A stretch of 33,194 nucleotides of DNA, from NCBI RefSeq assembly GCF_001194135.2, contig NC_068981.1:135453987-135487180 (forward strand), written 5' to 3'. Shown here one piece after another: positions 10,937 through 23,097 of this stretch. The notes under the pieces are model-generated. The model was not told the DNA's origin. It saw nothing but the letters and a program-made list of their open reading frames with translations, and ran no database searches. Source of the stretch: Octopus bimaculoides. Taxonomy: Eukaryota. Both the position numbers and the translations under genes were made by a program. Positions within the stretch are counted from its first letter, which is position 1. Every line of letters starts with the position of its first letter.

Positions 10937-11380
10937 CTCATCATCATCGTCGTCATTGTTTAACATCTGCTTTCCATGCTAGCATGGGTTGGACGGTTTG
11001 ACTGAAAACTGGAGGTCTGGGAGGCTGCACTAGGCTTCAATCTGATTTGGCAAGGTTTCTACAGCTGGATGCCCTTCCTAACACCAACCACTTGACAAAG
11101 AGTGTAATGGGTGGCTTTTACGTGCCACTGGCATGGGTGCCAGTCATGTGACACTGGCATTGGCCATGCTTGAATGGTGTTTTTCATGTGTCACCGGCAT
11201 GGATGCCAGTCAGGTGGCACTGGCATCAGCCACGCTCGAATGGTGCTTTTTACGTGCCAATCAGGCGGCACTGGCATCAGCCATGCTTGAATGGGGCACT
11301 TTATGTGCCACCAGCACGGGTGCCAGTCAGGTGGCACTGGCATCAACTACACTCGAATGGTGCTTTTTACGTGCCACCTC
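10937..11380 (-). mobile_element. RTE-type 3' tail with an internal tandem array of about 66-bp units
   Basis: (GAT)n-like tail at 10937-10957; about four units of gtgccaccggcacgggtgccagtcaggtggcactggcatcagccacgctcgaatggtgctttttac at 11121-11377. Confidence 0.8.
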
Positions 11381-11570
11381 TCTATCAATGGATATTAAAT
11401 ACAATGGTAAAAGAATTTATGGTTGTCTTTAAATGAAATGAAAAAGAAAAAACAATAATAGAGAACAGTAAAAATGTAAATTTTAAGCAATGACTAGTTT
11501 CTATTTTTGTTACCCTTTCAGCAATTTTTTCTTAGATTAGCTTACGAGGTGGTATCAAAAAATTCCCAGA

Positions 11571-11973
11571 GTGGCTTTGTGGTAAGTAGCTTGCTTACCA
11601 ACCACATGCTTCCGGGTTCAGTCCCACTGCGTGGCACCTTGGGCAAGTGTCTCCTACTATAGCCTCGGGCTGACCAAAGCCTTGTGAGTGGATTTGGTAG
11701 ACGGAAACCGAAAGAAGCCTGTCATATATATGTGTATATATATATGTATGTGTGTGTATATGTTTGTGTGTCTGTGTTTGTTCCCCCAACATTGCTTGAC
11801 AACCGATGCTGGTGTGTTTACGTCCCTGTAACTTAGTGATTCGGCAAAAAGAGACCGATAGAATAAGTACTAGGCTTACAAAGAATAAGTCCTGGGGTCG
11901 ATTTGCTCGACTAAAGGCGGTGCTCCAGCATGGCTGCAGTCAAATGACTGAAACAGGTAAAAAGAGTCAAAAA
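11571..11973 (+). mobile_element. tRNA/CORE-type SINE, well-preserved copy
   Basis: Full head, CORE-like block, microsatellite middle and ...gactgaaacaggtaaaaagag tail. Confidence 0.9.
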
Positions 11974-12489
11974 GTTCCCATGGTTGTGTGCACAGTGAAA
12001 GCTACCAGAGACCTTCCTGAGGCAGAGTGCTGAGTAACATTGCTGTGTTTACATTGCAAGTTGAGAAATTTGTGTTTTTGTGATCATGTGTATGCTGTAG
12101 TCTGTGGTTTTTGTCATGGACAAGAAGTTGGAACCAAGAGCCACAAGTTTAGCTGAACAAACTGACCCCCAGGACTTATTTTCTAAAAAAATCTGATACT
12201 TATTCTATCATTCTTTTTTTTGCTTAACTGTTAAATTACATGGAATGTAAACAAACCAACACTCATCAAGAGGTGGAAAGTGTGTGTGGGAGGGGCAACA
12301 CAAATATATATGACAGGTTTCCATACAGTCGTCTCTGTCAACCAAATTTACTTGCAAGACATTAGGAGACACTCGCCCAAGGTACAGTGGTTACAAGGTG
12401 AGCTTCTTAATCACACAGCCATGTCTGTGCCTGTTTATCCATAATGAGAAATAATTTACTAATTCAATGGGAACAAATTACAGTTTATC

Positions 12490-13690
12490 TCTCATCCTAC
12501 AAAAAGGACAGCTTCTCTGATTCTGTCTGCAACAAGCCTATCATTTTCACAAAACAGTAGTTAACAACCATCTCAAGTTTTCCTTTCTTCTCAGTCTCCA
12601 TCAGTCCAGCTTTCATAAAAATCACATCTAAGGGCTTGCTCTTGATGTCTTATTAGTGGTCTTTTGCCCCCGAGAAGTTCAACATAAGACAGAAATGTCA
12701 TTGCATTTGTCATCAGTAAAGTATTTGACTGAGCCTAACATAAAAATCTCCCAGATAAGTTAGCTGTCTATGGGTTTCATCAATACATCATCTCTTCCTG
12801 TCAAGATCGCACACTCTGATGTGCCCCAAGATTTGGTTATGCCCCCAACACTCTTCCTCCTATAGCTGCATCACCTCTAGCACTCCTAAGTATGATACCA
12901 CTCTGCTAGAAGCTTCCATGAACAGAGAACTCAAAAATAGCATTTGCCAGTGAAGGCACGACACTGATCTTCTTCAGCACAAAGACAAAATCCTTGCTTA
13001 TATCTTCTAGCACACCCACTTTAACCCTTTAGTGTTCAGATTACTCTGTTAAATGTAATACTTTTTCACTCAAATTGTTTTTAATTAATCATGCATTATC
13101 TTACAGCTTTGAGATTTCAATGATGTGATGGTTTATTTTTAGAATGTCAATGTAGGTTAAGTGTGAGAAGCTAGATATCGCCAGTTTGAATATGTCGTAG
13201 AATATTTGGGCCGGATATGGCTGGTTTAAACACTAAAGGGTTAATTTTAAACTACAACACAAAACCTTCAAAGTAGCTTGCTAGAAATACCAGTCCTCAA
13301 AATCTCTCATTCATCACAAAGACTAACTAGCTTTACAAATCAGAGCCAGGAACTACTTTGAATCCAATCAGTTGCTTATTCCCTAGAAAGCAAAACTGAG
13401 ATATTAAGACCTATATCGGAGCAGGCCTTGCTGCCCGATACTCAAACATTCCTAGATAACACACATCTAAAACAAAGGTGTTCAGCCAATTAGCTGAAAC
13501 TCATTCACCAACACATTCATCTAGCTTACAGATTTGCTGTTTCCTTATTTCGCCTATTCTACTATTGCTACTACAATGGCCACTGTTCCATGGAAACAGC
13601 CAACCACTTTCATCTAAGCCCACATGTCTCTCATCACTCTACTGTGTCTTCCCATTTATCAAGCTCTGAACAAACCCCAGTACTCTTTCC
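12490..13690 (+). mobile_element. Decayed CR1/Jockey-like RT remnant, interrupted by a MITE
   Basis: tctgatgtgccccaagatttggttatgcccccaacactcttcctccta reads SDVPQDLVMPPTLFLL (cf. SGVPQGSVLGPTLFLL); boundaries approximate. Confidence 0.6.
13025..13240. mobile_element. piggyBac-type MITE, intact ends
   Basis: Perfect 12-bp TIR ccctttagtgtt / aacactaaaggg; TTAA at 13021-13024 and 13241-13244. Confidence 0.9.
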
Positions 13691-13778
13691 TTCCTTTGAC
13701 GTTCAACTGTTCCTACCCACTCACTAAAAAAGACAAAAATTACCTAAGAAAAAAAAAATTACAAGTAAAAAAAAAAAA

Positions 13779-14170
13779 GGCATGTTTGTATGGTTAAGAA
13801 GCTTGCTTTGGGTTCAGTCCCACTGTGTGGCACCTTGGACTCTGTCTTCAGCTATAGACCCAGGCTGAACCAATGCCTTGTAAGTGAACTTGGGAGACAG
13901 AAATTGTGGGGAAGCCCTTTATATATATGTACATATATATATGTGTGTGTGTGTGTGTGTTGGTATTTGTCCTTCACCACTGTTTGACAGCCTGTGATGG
14001 TTTGTTTACATCCCCATAACTTTGTGGTCGTTTGGTAAAAGAGACTGACACAATAACTACTGATTAAAAAAAAAAAAAAACCCAATAAGCAGTGGGGTTA
14101 ATTTGTTCAACTAAACCCTCCAAGGTGATACCCCAGCATGGCCACAGTCTAATCATAGATAAAAGATAAA
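13779..14170 (+). mobile_element. tRNA/CORE-type SINE
   Basis: Aligns to 11571-11973. Confidence 0.85.
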
Positions 14171-15180
14171 ATTTTAACATACAGCCTAAAAGTGGGTTGA
14201 AGAGAGAATGTGGTGGAGGAAAATACTTTAAAAAAAAGACAATACAAATAAATAAATAAAAAAAACCTGTTTATAGCAACAAACAGAAAATAATTTAAAG
14301 TTTTTTAGGTCAAGAACTGCTCTTTTCAGTTGATGCATTTGAGAGGAAAGTTATGATCAGGATTTAAATGACCAAAACGTAGCAACTACTACGGTGTATT
14401 TATTTGCTTTTGTTAATCATTATGAGAATTACCAAAAAACTAGGCCAGTATGATGTCATAGTGACGTAGTCAGAAAATCTAATTATATATTCTATTGCTG
14501 TTGTCAGTGGAGTTTTATTTCAATAGAAAATATTTTTAAACAAACTTACGGCTTCTTTTGTGACATAGACTGTATTTTTGTTTAGAGGGAGATTTTTAAA
14601 GGTAATGTCTATTTTTATTGATGCAATTTACTAAAGACGGTGAGACTTGGAGCACTCCCTATATGATATTCAGATAAAAACGAGAGGAAGTAGTTACATA
14701 TCTATTTATATTTTGAAGAATCTATGAGAATCGTTTGGCATTTAACTGTTTAGACACATACTGAATCATCATCAGAGACAAAGGAATGCAAACAAGATAA
14801 GGATTAGATTCAATAAAAGTGTGAGAAAGCAGATTTAAAGTGAAAAAATATGTTAATATGTTAAAAGCAAATACAAATTATACAAAAAGTTTGGGAACAT
14901 TTTTAGTTTTAAATAAAAACATATCCTAAAAAAAAAAAATGGAAGTAATATTTGTAAAGACTAAAATAAAAATCTATTGTGGAAAAATGATTTTATGTGT
15001 AAGTACCAAAGAAACGATTGTAAACATGTGAGTAAGGTAAGAATCTATTGTTAGATTGAGATTATATTGGTAAGAAAGAATCTTATGTTGAAATGGAACT
15101 TGAAGAAAAGATCTTTTGTACAAATTGGATTTTATTTTGTAAGGACTATTATAAGAAAATGGGATTATTTGTAAGGCACC

Positions 15181-15317
15181 AAGGTGAGGAGCTGGCAGAA
15201 TTGTTAGCAGGCCAGACAAAATGCTTAGCAATATTTTGTCCATCTTTGCGTTCTGAGTTCACATTGCTTTTAATCTCTTCGACATCGATAAAATAAGTGC
15301 TAGTTACACACCGGGGT

Positions 15318-15324
<7 letters not shown>
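15181..15324 (+). mobile_element. tRNA-derived SINE (1037-1215 family), internally deleted
   Basis: gagctggcagaattgttagc...ttctgagttc...ataaaataagtg. Confidence 0.7.
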
Positions 15325-15414
<90 letters not shown>

Positions 15415-15489
15415 CAAACATACAGACAAATATATATACATATGTATGTATATATATATATATGCATATATATATGTATATATATATAT
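15322..15489. repeat. Compound (TA)n/(CA)n microsatellite abutting a gap
   Basis: Direct reading; N-gap at 15490-15589. Confidence 0.95.
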
Positions 15490-15597
15490 NNNNNNNNNNN
15501 NNNNNNNNNNNNNNNNNNNNNNNNNNNNNNNNNNNNNNNNNNNNNNNNNNNNNNNNNNNNNNNNNNNNNNNNNNNNNNNNNNNNNNNNNAGCAACAA

Positions 15598-16545
15598 CCA
15601 GATGTATTAGTTTAATGCTCAGGAAGTGAGAAAGTCTTTACATTTTGAGCCTACGCCCTTTGACAGAAAGGAACACAGAAATAAACAGGGAGTGAAAATA
15701 GAAAAAAGTTTAGTGGATAGCGATCTATCATGGCAAATGCCGGAAAGAGGGGTCATACAGGAGAGCTAAGAAGGAGAGATAATAAAGTAGTGGTGATCCC
15801 AAAACAAAGGTGCGCATGTGTGAGAGCGTGTATGTGCGTGGGCTGGTGACATTAACACGTGATGGGTGCCTGTGAGGAGGGTGGTGTTGGAAAAGTAAGG
15901 GCAAGTGCGGCAGCAAGGGAAAGAGCCAGGTTAGGGAAGAAGCTGTGGTCTCGTAGGTTGTGGGCTCATTTGGAGGGGTTGGACTGGAGTTGCTGGAAGG
16001 CTCGGAGAATTGTGCATTGGAGAGGTAGGATGGTGGGGTGGTGAGGGGAAATGGGAGACGGGTGACAGCGGGGAAAGAGCAGATGCACCGTCCACAGAAC
16101 GTCCTATGCCAAGGGCGGTGTGGATAGTGGTGAGGCGATATCCACATAGGATGAAATGGCAAGCCATGAGTTGAGACTGAGTCTCAAAGTCATGGTTGTC
16201 ACTGCAGAGCCTGTGTAGATGGAGGAATTGGGAATAGAGGATGGAGAGCTTGGTGTGTTTAGGGTGAGAGGAGAAGTTGAGGTATGAGTGTGAGTGGATG
16301 AAGGTGGTGAGAGTGGAGTGATGAATGCTGACCGAAATGTTGAGAAAGGCAACAGAGGTGTTGGAAATAGTGCAGGAGGAGTGGAGGGCATAATGGAAAG
16401 ATTTGACAAAAGAGAGGAAAAGGTTTAGATGTTCACAGGAGAGTGAGATCGCACCGATACAGTTGTCAATATAACGACCATATAGTTCAGGAGTGGGCCA
16501 AAGGAAATCAGCCACTTTGCCTCCGTGAGGCCTGCCTGCTGATAA
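15598..16545 (-). mobile_element. Penelope-like element remnant (RT C-terminus, linker, start of GIY-YIG region)
   Basis: ORF 15931-16515 has RYIDN (RYIDD-like) and SHSYLNFSSHPKHTKLSILYSQFLHLHRLCSD; a shifted frame gives PGSFPCCRTCPY, the Cys motif that precedes the Penelope GIY-YIG domain. Confidence 0.85.
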
Positions 16546-17924
16546 CCATCTTAGTCCTACTTTATGATGGGATGCCTCTGTCTCTATATGACATTCTAGT
16601 TTTTGGGTAATTCACAAGACACCAAAAGAATGACAAATCAGCAAATTGTCAGTCATTAGAGCACTGAAAAGAATACCTCATGGTATTTGTTCTGACTTTT
16701 TGTACTCTGAGTTCAACTTTGTCTTTCATCCTTTCAGGTTAGATAAAAAAAAAAATGTGAATTCATGGCAGCTGATTGGCAGAACTTAGAAAATCAGGTG
16801 AAATGCCTTGCAACATCTGTTCTGGATTCTGAGAGCAACACCAGCAAGTGGTATTGTCCCAAGTCAGTGGCCTTTCCTTTGGCATGGAGAGGCAGAGACT
16901 TGCTTACATGAGTTAACTGCCAGTCTCCTTCAAAAAAATCTTGCCCAGGCCTGCATACACATGTAGAGACACATGGTTAATATTGACTCATGGAGGATCA
17001 AAAAGAGAGATAGTGAAGGAGGCAAGAAGAGACAATTAGGAAGAAGGGACACACAAGCCAATACTAAAAGCAAGAAGAGATGGTCAGTATTTCATGCTAA
17101 TTATGAATTGAACATAAGCTTTTAAGAGAGTGGGATATTATCTGATCTATTTAGCTTTTCCTTTATATTTGGAAGAAAAACAATCTAGACCAATTCTCAA
17201 CAAGGTCAGCATAAGTAATATGGTGCTACCTGTATATTTTTAAAGCTGCTAACATTTTTGAGATGACTATGTACTGTTAGAAAAAAGTATGTGTGTAATA
17301 CCAGTAATCACTGAATCGTGAAACTGTAGTTAATTAAGTGTTAGGGGCAGCATGTAGCAGAATTAACAAAATAAAGCAGAGAAGGAAATGCTTTGTATAA
17401 TTTAGTTACATCTTGAAACCAACTTTGCTTTCTATCCTTGTAGAGTTGATAAAATAATTACTAACCAAATACTGAAATATTAGACTGTACTCCCACCACC
17501 ATAAAATTCCTGGCTTTGTGTCTGAATGAGAAATTGTTAATTAGGTGCTAATTAATGTGAACAAGTCTGTTCTCAGTGAATCCAGTGACCCAGATAAAAG
17601 AAGCAAATAGATTAAATAAAATCAAGAAGTATAATATTGTGTACTAAACAGAAATAAAGATCCTGAACTCACTAATCTATTTACAAAAAAAAAGAAGTAT
17701 TAATTTTAACATTTGTTATGGGTAGAGATCTGCTGAAGTTTGCTACAAAACAAGAACAATCATGTGTCCACGAGAAAAAAAATATTGATGAAGTGATAGA
17801 AATGCTGTCGATCGTAGCCTAACTATAGCATATAGTAATGGAGACGACAACAAGGTCAATGAAGTGACTTTGTTGATATTTCTAACAAGCTGAACGACTA
17901 CACACAAGCTCCTACCTTGTGTTG

Positions 17925-18185
17925 TGCCTATAACATTCCAAGCAATTGTGCTACCAGATTATGAACTCAATAACTGGTGATCATTTTAAATACTCAGCTA
18001 GAGGATCTTCATTAAAATCAAGTAATAATCTCAAGTATAAACCAGTAACACTAGCACTTAGTGTTACTGGCATTAAACACCAGATTAATGCTTCATACAA
18101 GCACAAACAAGCCAATGAGGGATCATCTATATGGTCATCTGACCAGCTAGAAATAACTGCCATAGATCACTCAATTTGCAACCTA
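17925..18185 (+). repeat. Unclassified interspersed repeat, copy 1
   Basis: Colinear with 20030-20365 (cttagtgttactggcattaaacaccagattaatgct; ggtcatctgacc..ctagaaata..tcactcaatttgcaacc). Confidence 0.7.
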
Positions 18186-18319
18186 CTGTCTCATTCAGAA
18201 TAAGGGGCTAGATACTAGATCATGAAGTAATAAATTATATTTACAGCCATCATAGTAATTAGAGTTTGAACTAATTATAGAGCTAGGGAACAATTTCACT
18301 TTTGTGTAAGAGGTTAATA

Positions 18320-18503
18320 ATTCTTTAGCATTTAAACAGGCCATATCTGGCCTGAATACTCAACCCGTTTTATGTTAAAAACTGGCCATATCTGACCTTT
18401 CACACCTACCCTACAATGTTAATTTAATAATAAACAATCATTATCATCATTAATGGGAATAAATAAGCATTACATTTGACAGAATAACCTGAATGCTAAA
18501 GAG
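18320..18503. mobile_element. piggyBac-type MITE, inverted and eroded
   Basis: ctttagcatttaaac...gaatgctaaagag; reverse complement of the 13025 family. Confidence 0.7.
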
Positions 18504-18811
18504 TTGATCCCAGATCATCCCTGACTGAGTAGACAAATATAAGACCAGCTTGTTCTCTTCTGGGCATTACCTACCTATGACAATAAGACTCTACCTTTAT
18601 GATAGTAAGGTGTAATTTGAAGGAAATTTGACTATTATTTTTAGTCAGTTGATAAGTAATGTAGAGGTTCCTGCAATGGCTTGTAAATTCTTCACATCTA
18701 AATTCTCAAAAACCTCATAACAAGAAACAACAAAAGAATCTAAATCTCTACATTTTTCCATGATCCATTTATAAGTTTCCAACAAAACAAACTTCTTCAG
18801 ACACACAGACA

Positions 18812-19195
18812 CAGGAATGGTTGGGTGGTTAAGATGTTCACTTTGCAACTAAATTAGTTTTGGGTTCAGTCCCACTGCATGGCATCTTGGGCAAGTGTCT
18901 TCTACTTAAACCCTGGGCTGACCAGTACCTTGTGAGTGAATTTGACAGCAGGAAACTGTATGGAAGTCTATTGTAGATATATATGTTTATATGTATTTGA
19001 GTGAACCTTTGTTCCCCACTACTTGTTTTGGTTTGATTACATTCATGTAATTTAGCAGTTTGGCAAAAGAGACTGATACAATAAACATCAGACTTAAAAA
19101 TATGTAATGAGGGTCAATGTGTTTGACCAAACCTTTTAAGGTAATGTTCCAGCATGGCTGTAGTCCAATGACTGAAACAAGCAAGAGATAAAAGA
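18812..19195 (+). mobile_element. tRNA/CORE-type SINE
   Basis: Aligns to 11571-11973, with heavy CpG decay. Confidence 0.85.
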
Positions 19196-19617
19196 TTTAC
19201 ATAAGCTCTATTTTGGTGTGACTGTGTGAGCCTTTCCATGATGAACAGTGAACTATAAAACAGATGTGGAATTTGCAGAGTCTATTTTTTTTTTCATCAG
19301 CCAGGTAAACAGAATTATGTACCTTGCTTAGGTGCACAATACAAAATGTTGTAGTAAGATTTCAACTCGATTAGTAGTAAACCAACAGCTTAAAATCAAC
19401 CATTACTTTCCCTCTAATTCTATTGCATAGCTGTTCTTCTTCAAATATTTGTTTAAAATGTTTCACAACAAACTGCTTATATGAGAGTAGTATCAAAGTT
19501 TCACTTTGGTTATCTAAAGCAAACCAAGTTAGCCCTGATTCAGCAGACCTGTGATCAAAAGAATTCTTATTATGACTATCCCATTGTTTTTCTTATCAGA
19601 TAGGCTGTCTTTGACTA

Positions 19618-19950
19618 TATCATCACCATCACCACCATTTTAACATCCACTTTTCCATGTTTGCATGAATCAGATGGAATTTTTTGAGGCGGCTGATCTT
19701 TTATGGCTGGATGCCTTTCCTGTTGCACCCAAGCAAGGCAATATTTCCTCTTGACCAATGTTGTTTTCAGGTGATGTCAAAACAAAGAAGCATAAATGCA
19801 CACATATGCAACAACCTTCTTTCAGTTTCTGTCAACTAAATCTATTCACAAGGCTTTGGTTAACATGGGGCTATAGTAGAACATACTCAAGGCACCATAC
19901 AGTGGGACTGAACTCAAAAGCATGTGAGAAGGAAGCAAATTTCACAGCCA
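19618..19950 (-). mobile_element. CORE-type SINE with RTE-like tail
   Basis: Same architecture as 7035-7400. Confidence 0.75.
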
Positions 19951-20029
19951 TGCCTGCATCCAGGGTGTCATTATCCTAAAGGTCAAGAAGGTGACTTTGC
20001 TGATATTTTTGTAACATAAAAGCTTTCAT

Positions 20030-20365
20030 TGTGCTGTGATAAAACATTCCCTGCAATGGGGCTATCAGAGGTTGATCTCAACAGCTAATCCATAGAATCT
20101 TCATTCTGTCACATTAAACTGAGGAATAATCTTAAGAATGAGGCAATAACACTAACTCTTAGTGTTTCTGGCATTAATCACCAGATTAATGCTGCATACA
20201 CATGCACAAAAAAGGCCAATGAAGGTTCATGTACATCAGGTATAGGAACCCTTTTCCAAGAAGTGGGTTGCACGAGACAGCTCATCATCAAGCAGGGTAC
20301 TACTAAAAAATCCAAGGTCATCTGACCTGCTAGAAATAGCAGCTATAGCTCACTCAATTTGCAAC
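20030..20365 (+). repeat. Unclassified interspersed repeat, copy 2
   Basis: Colinear with 17925-18185, plus an extra insert of about 70 bp near 20240-20310. Confidence 0.7.
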
Positions 20366-21022
20366 CCAGTTTTTTTTTTTTGCATGATTTCTACAGCTGG
20401 ATGTCCTTCCTAACATTAACCATTTTAAGTACTGGGTGTATTTTTCATGGCACCAACACCAAAAGTTATCTTATCAGCAAAACTAAAGAGTCTTCTCAAG
20501 ACATAACTATACAAATACAAGGTGAGGGGCATTGCTGGAGTATCTTAGTATCTGGCCATAGCTCTGTATGATCATGGTAGAGCTGAGGCTGAGTAATAAC
20601 AAACATGCTGTAGATGTCTGAGAGACAAGATAAACTTCCAAGATTTTTAAAATCACTGTAAAGTCAACAAGTCAAATTTCTTAATATTACTGTTTCGATC
20701 TTTATCTTCAATGTGTGTGACAGGAACCTAAAAGACTGTTGTATGAAATGTATTCATTAGTGCATGAGATGGACGTCGATGAAAAGGTGAAGTTTGAAGT
20801 AAAAGCACCAGGTCACCCCTAAACGACATTCCCAAGATCAATCATTTTTTTTTTCAGGTAGGGTGTGACTAATGCTACATTCGACTAGTCAAAGTGTGTC
20901 TTTTTAAAAAATTAGTAGCGAGTAAGATTTAGCTGTTCTTTCTAGTAAGTCAAGAGGCAACGTAGAGATCTTTCCAAGAGGGTCTGAGACGAAATTAGCT
21001 GGGAGCAAGGAAAAATGGAATT

Positions 21023-21380
21023 CGTGTGGCCCTGTGGTAAAAAGTTTGACTTGCAGCCACATGGTTCCGGCTTCGGTCGCACTGAGTGGCACCTTGGGCA
21101 AGAATCTTCTACTATAGCCCAGGGATTTGGTAGACGGAAACTGAAAGTCCGTCGTATATATATGCATACGTGTGTGTATGTGTTTGTCCCCTACTACCGC
21201 TTGACAATCGGTGTTGGTTTGTTTACAACCCCGTAACCTAGCGGTATGACAAGAGCCCAATAGAATAAGCATCAGGCTTAAAAAACAAGTACTGGGTCGA
21301 TTCGTTCGAGTAAAACCCTCCGAGGTGGTGCCCCAGCATGACCACAGTTTAACGACAGAAACAAGTGAAAGATAAAAAGA
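21023..21380 (+). mobile_element. tRNA/CORE-type SINE retaining its CpGs
   Basis: Aligns to 11571-11973; many CG dinucleotides intact. Confidence 0.85.
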
Positions 21381-22923
21381 TACACAACTAGGTCAAATTA
21401 AGCCATGCTTGCGTGGAACCACTCCCTAAAATATATGCTGGAGGGAGGTTGTGTGCAGTTGAGAGGATTGTTCATTATCTGGATAGGTAATAGATATAAA
21501 TTATTTCAGGATATTGAACATCAATGGATTGTTTTTAAGACTGGCAAGGTCTAAAATTTATTTCCGTTGTATGATAAAGAACATTGAATTATTTAAACAA
21601 ATAGAAACTGTACAGTTAATTCATGAAGTCAAGCCCCTCTTCGTAAATAATAAAGGAAACTAGTTTGAAAAGACCTATCCCATGTGTCAAGTTAGCGGGT
21701 AACTATATCATTGAAGAGTTATTTTTAGAATATTCATAAAACACAAACAAACCGTAAGAAAAGTAGGTGCGGAAGAACTTATAAACGAAGCGCAATTTTA
21801 GGGGAAATCGTCATAAGGAAGACTACACTCATCTTCATTGACAAAGTTTACGATAAAAAGAAATCTATTTTTATGAAATATACGTTCGAAGATATTTTCT
21901 GGAATAGTAGAGAACATTTAATTCATACATGTCAAACCGTTCACATCTAAGGAATGTTTCCAGAAGTTGAAAATACCCACATAACTTGTGTGTATATACC
22001 CTGGTTAAAAGATATTGAGGCGAAAGTAAAGAATACGTTCACTGGGTGGTTAGGAGTTAGGGGTTTTGTTACGCCGAAAACGGGTGGTGTATGTATTCTT
22101 TACCTCCGCCAGATATTGATATATTATAAGAATTTTTTAAAACGAAGAAAATATATTTGAAGGATTTTCACCAAAATAGGAAGAATATCTTTATAACGAC
22201 TATAATATAAGTTTGTTACAAATCGAATGTAGAATATATGACGAAATGAAATTTGAATGAACCAAGCGGAAGTCTTTCTGCATGAAACACCTTTATTTTT
22301 GGTGCGAAAATATTCATTTTCATAACTGTCAAGAAATCTAAGTGTCACACGCAGATTACGAGAGAAATTAAAAAAATATTTCACTGAATATGCTTTCAAA
22401 AAGAAATATTACGTAATCAAAATATCCCCATTACATAACAAGTTCGCTACCATCTAAAAAATGCGGGATTTAATTACAACTACTATACTGAAGAATTTAA
22501 GCAATCGAAGTAAAAAATAACAAAACAAAAAGCAATTTCCCTGAACTTGAATCATAATAATCAAAATATCATTAATTAATTTGAAGCTAATTAAATAAAT
22601 GTCTCAGGAATCCAGATAAGAAAAGAAATGTGATTTTGGAGAAATTTTTTTGTAACTTTATTTGATAAGTTGATTGGGGTGGAAGAAAAATTGAGGTTGA
22701 GGTCGAAGAAATAAGAAATCTAAGTGTGACCTTTAAAATGAATCAGGTGATAATGAATGCGAAGTTGTCTGTATACGTTAAATTTATAAATCATTTAAGT
22801 ACTGTCGTTACATGGAATGTGATTTTTTTGTCTTCTAGTCATTAATTAACGTTTAGAATTTAATAAAGAATTTGAGATTATGGGGTGTCAGGTAAACACT
22901 GCGTTACTTTTTGACTAGCTTAC

Positions 22924-23097
22924 CGTAAGATGTCCTCTGTTGGTCGTCTCACACCTGTCTTCAGGACTCTTAACAAAACACACATCTCCTAAACCACTAA
23001 CTGTTTTGGTTTTTTGCGAATGTGTTACGAAAAAGACAGCCCTGATGTGAGTCCCGCCAATAGGCTTTAGGTTGAGAATTCGGGCACAGAGAAGCAT
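22924..23097 (-). CDS. C6orf136: Probable first coding exon of the C6orf136 homologue (58 aa, MLLCARILNLKPIGGTHIRAVFF...RGHLT)
   Basis: True ATG at 23097-23095 with A at -3 and an in-frame stop just upstream; gtaagc donor at 23097-side exon end 22923-22918 in phase 0, matching the exon 2 acceptor; first 37 residues basic/hydroxylated with no acidic residue (presequence-like); CpG-retaining context. No sequence homology to anchor it, so linkage across 16 kb is inferred. Confidence 0.6.

Noticed and set aside
11121-11377. CRISPR-like regular repeats
   Set aside because: Units are contiguous with no unique spacers, in a eukaryotic retroelement context with no cas genes.
11133-11436. Repetitive ORFs (ASQVALASAT.. 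/ PVRWHWHQP..)
   Set aside because: Translations of the 66-bp tandem array on the antisense strand of an RTE 3' UTR.
11543-11570. tacgaggtggtatcaaaaaattcc, resembling a mariner terminus
   Set aside because: Under 30 bp with no partner end found.
15728-16409. Pro/Ser-rich ORFs 15728-16162 and 16104-16409
   Set aside because: Alternative frames of the Penelope remnant.
21954-22399. Two overlapping opposite-strand ORFs in intron 1
   Set aside because: AT-rich, no homology or splice support recognised; treated as intronic.
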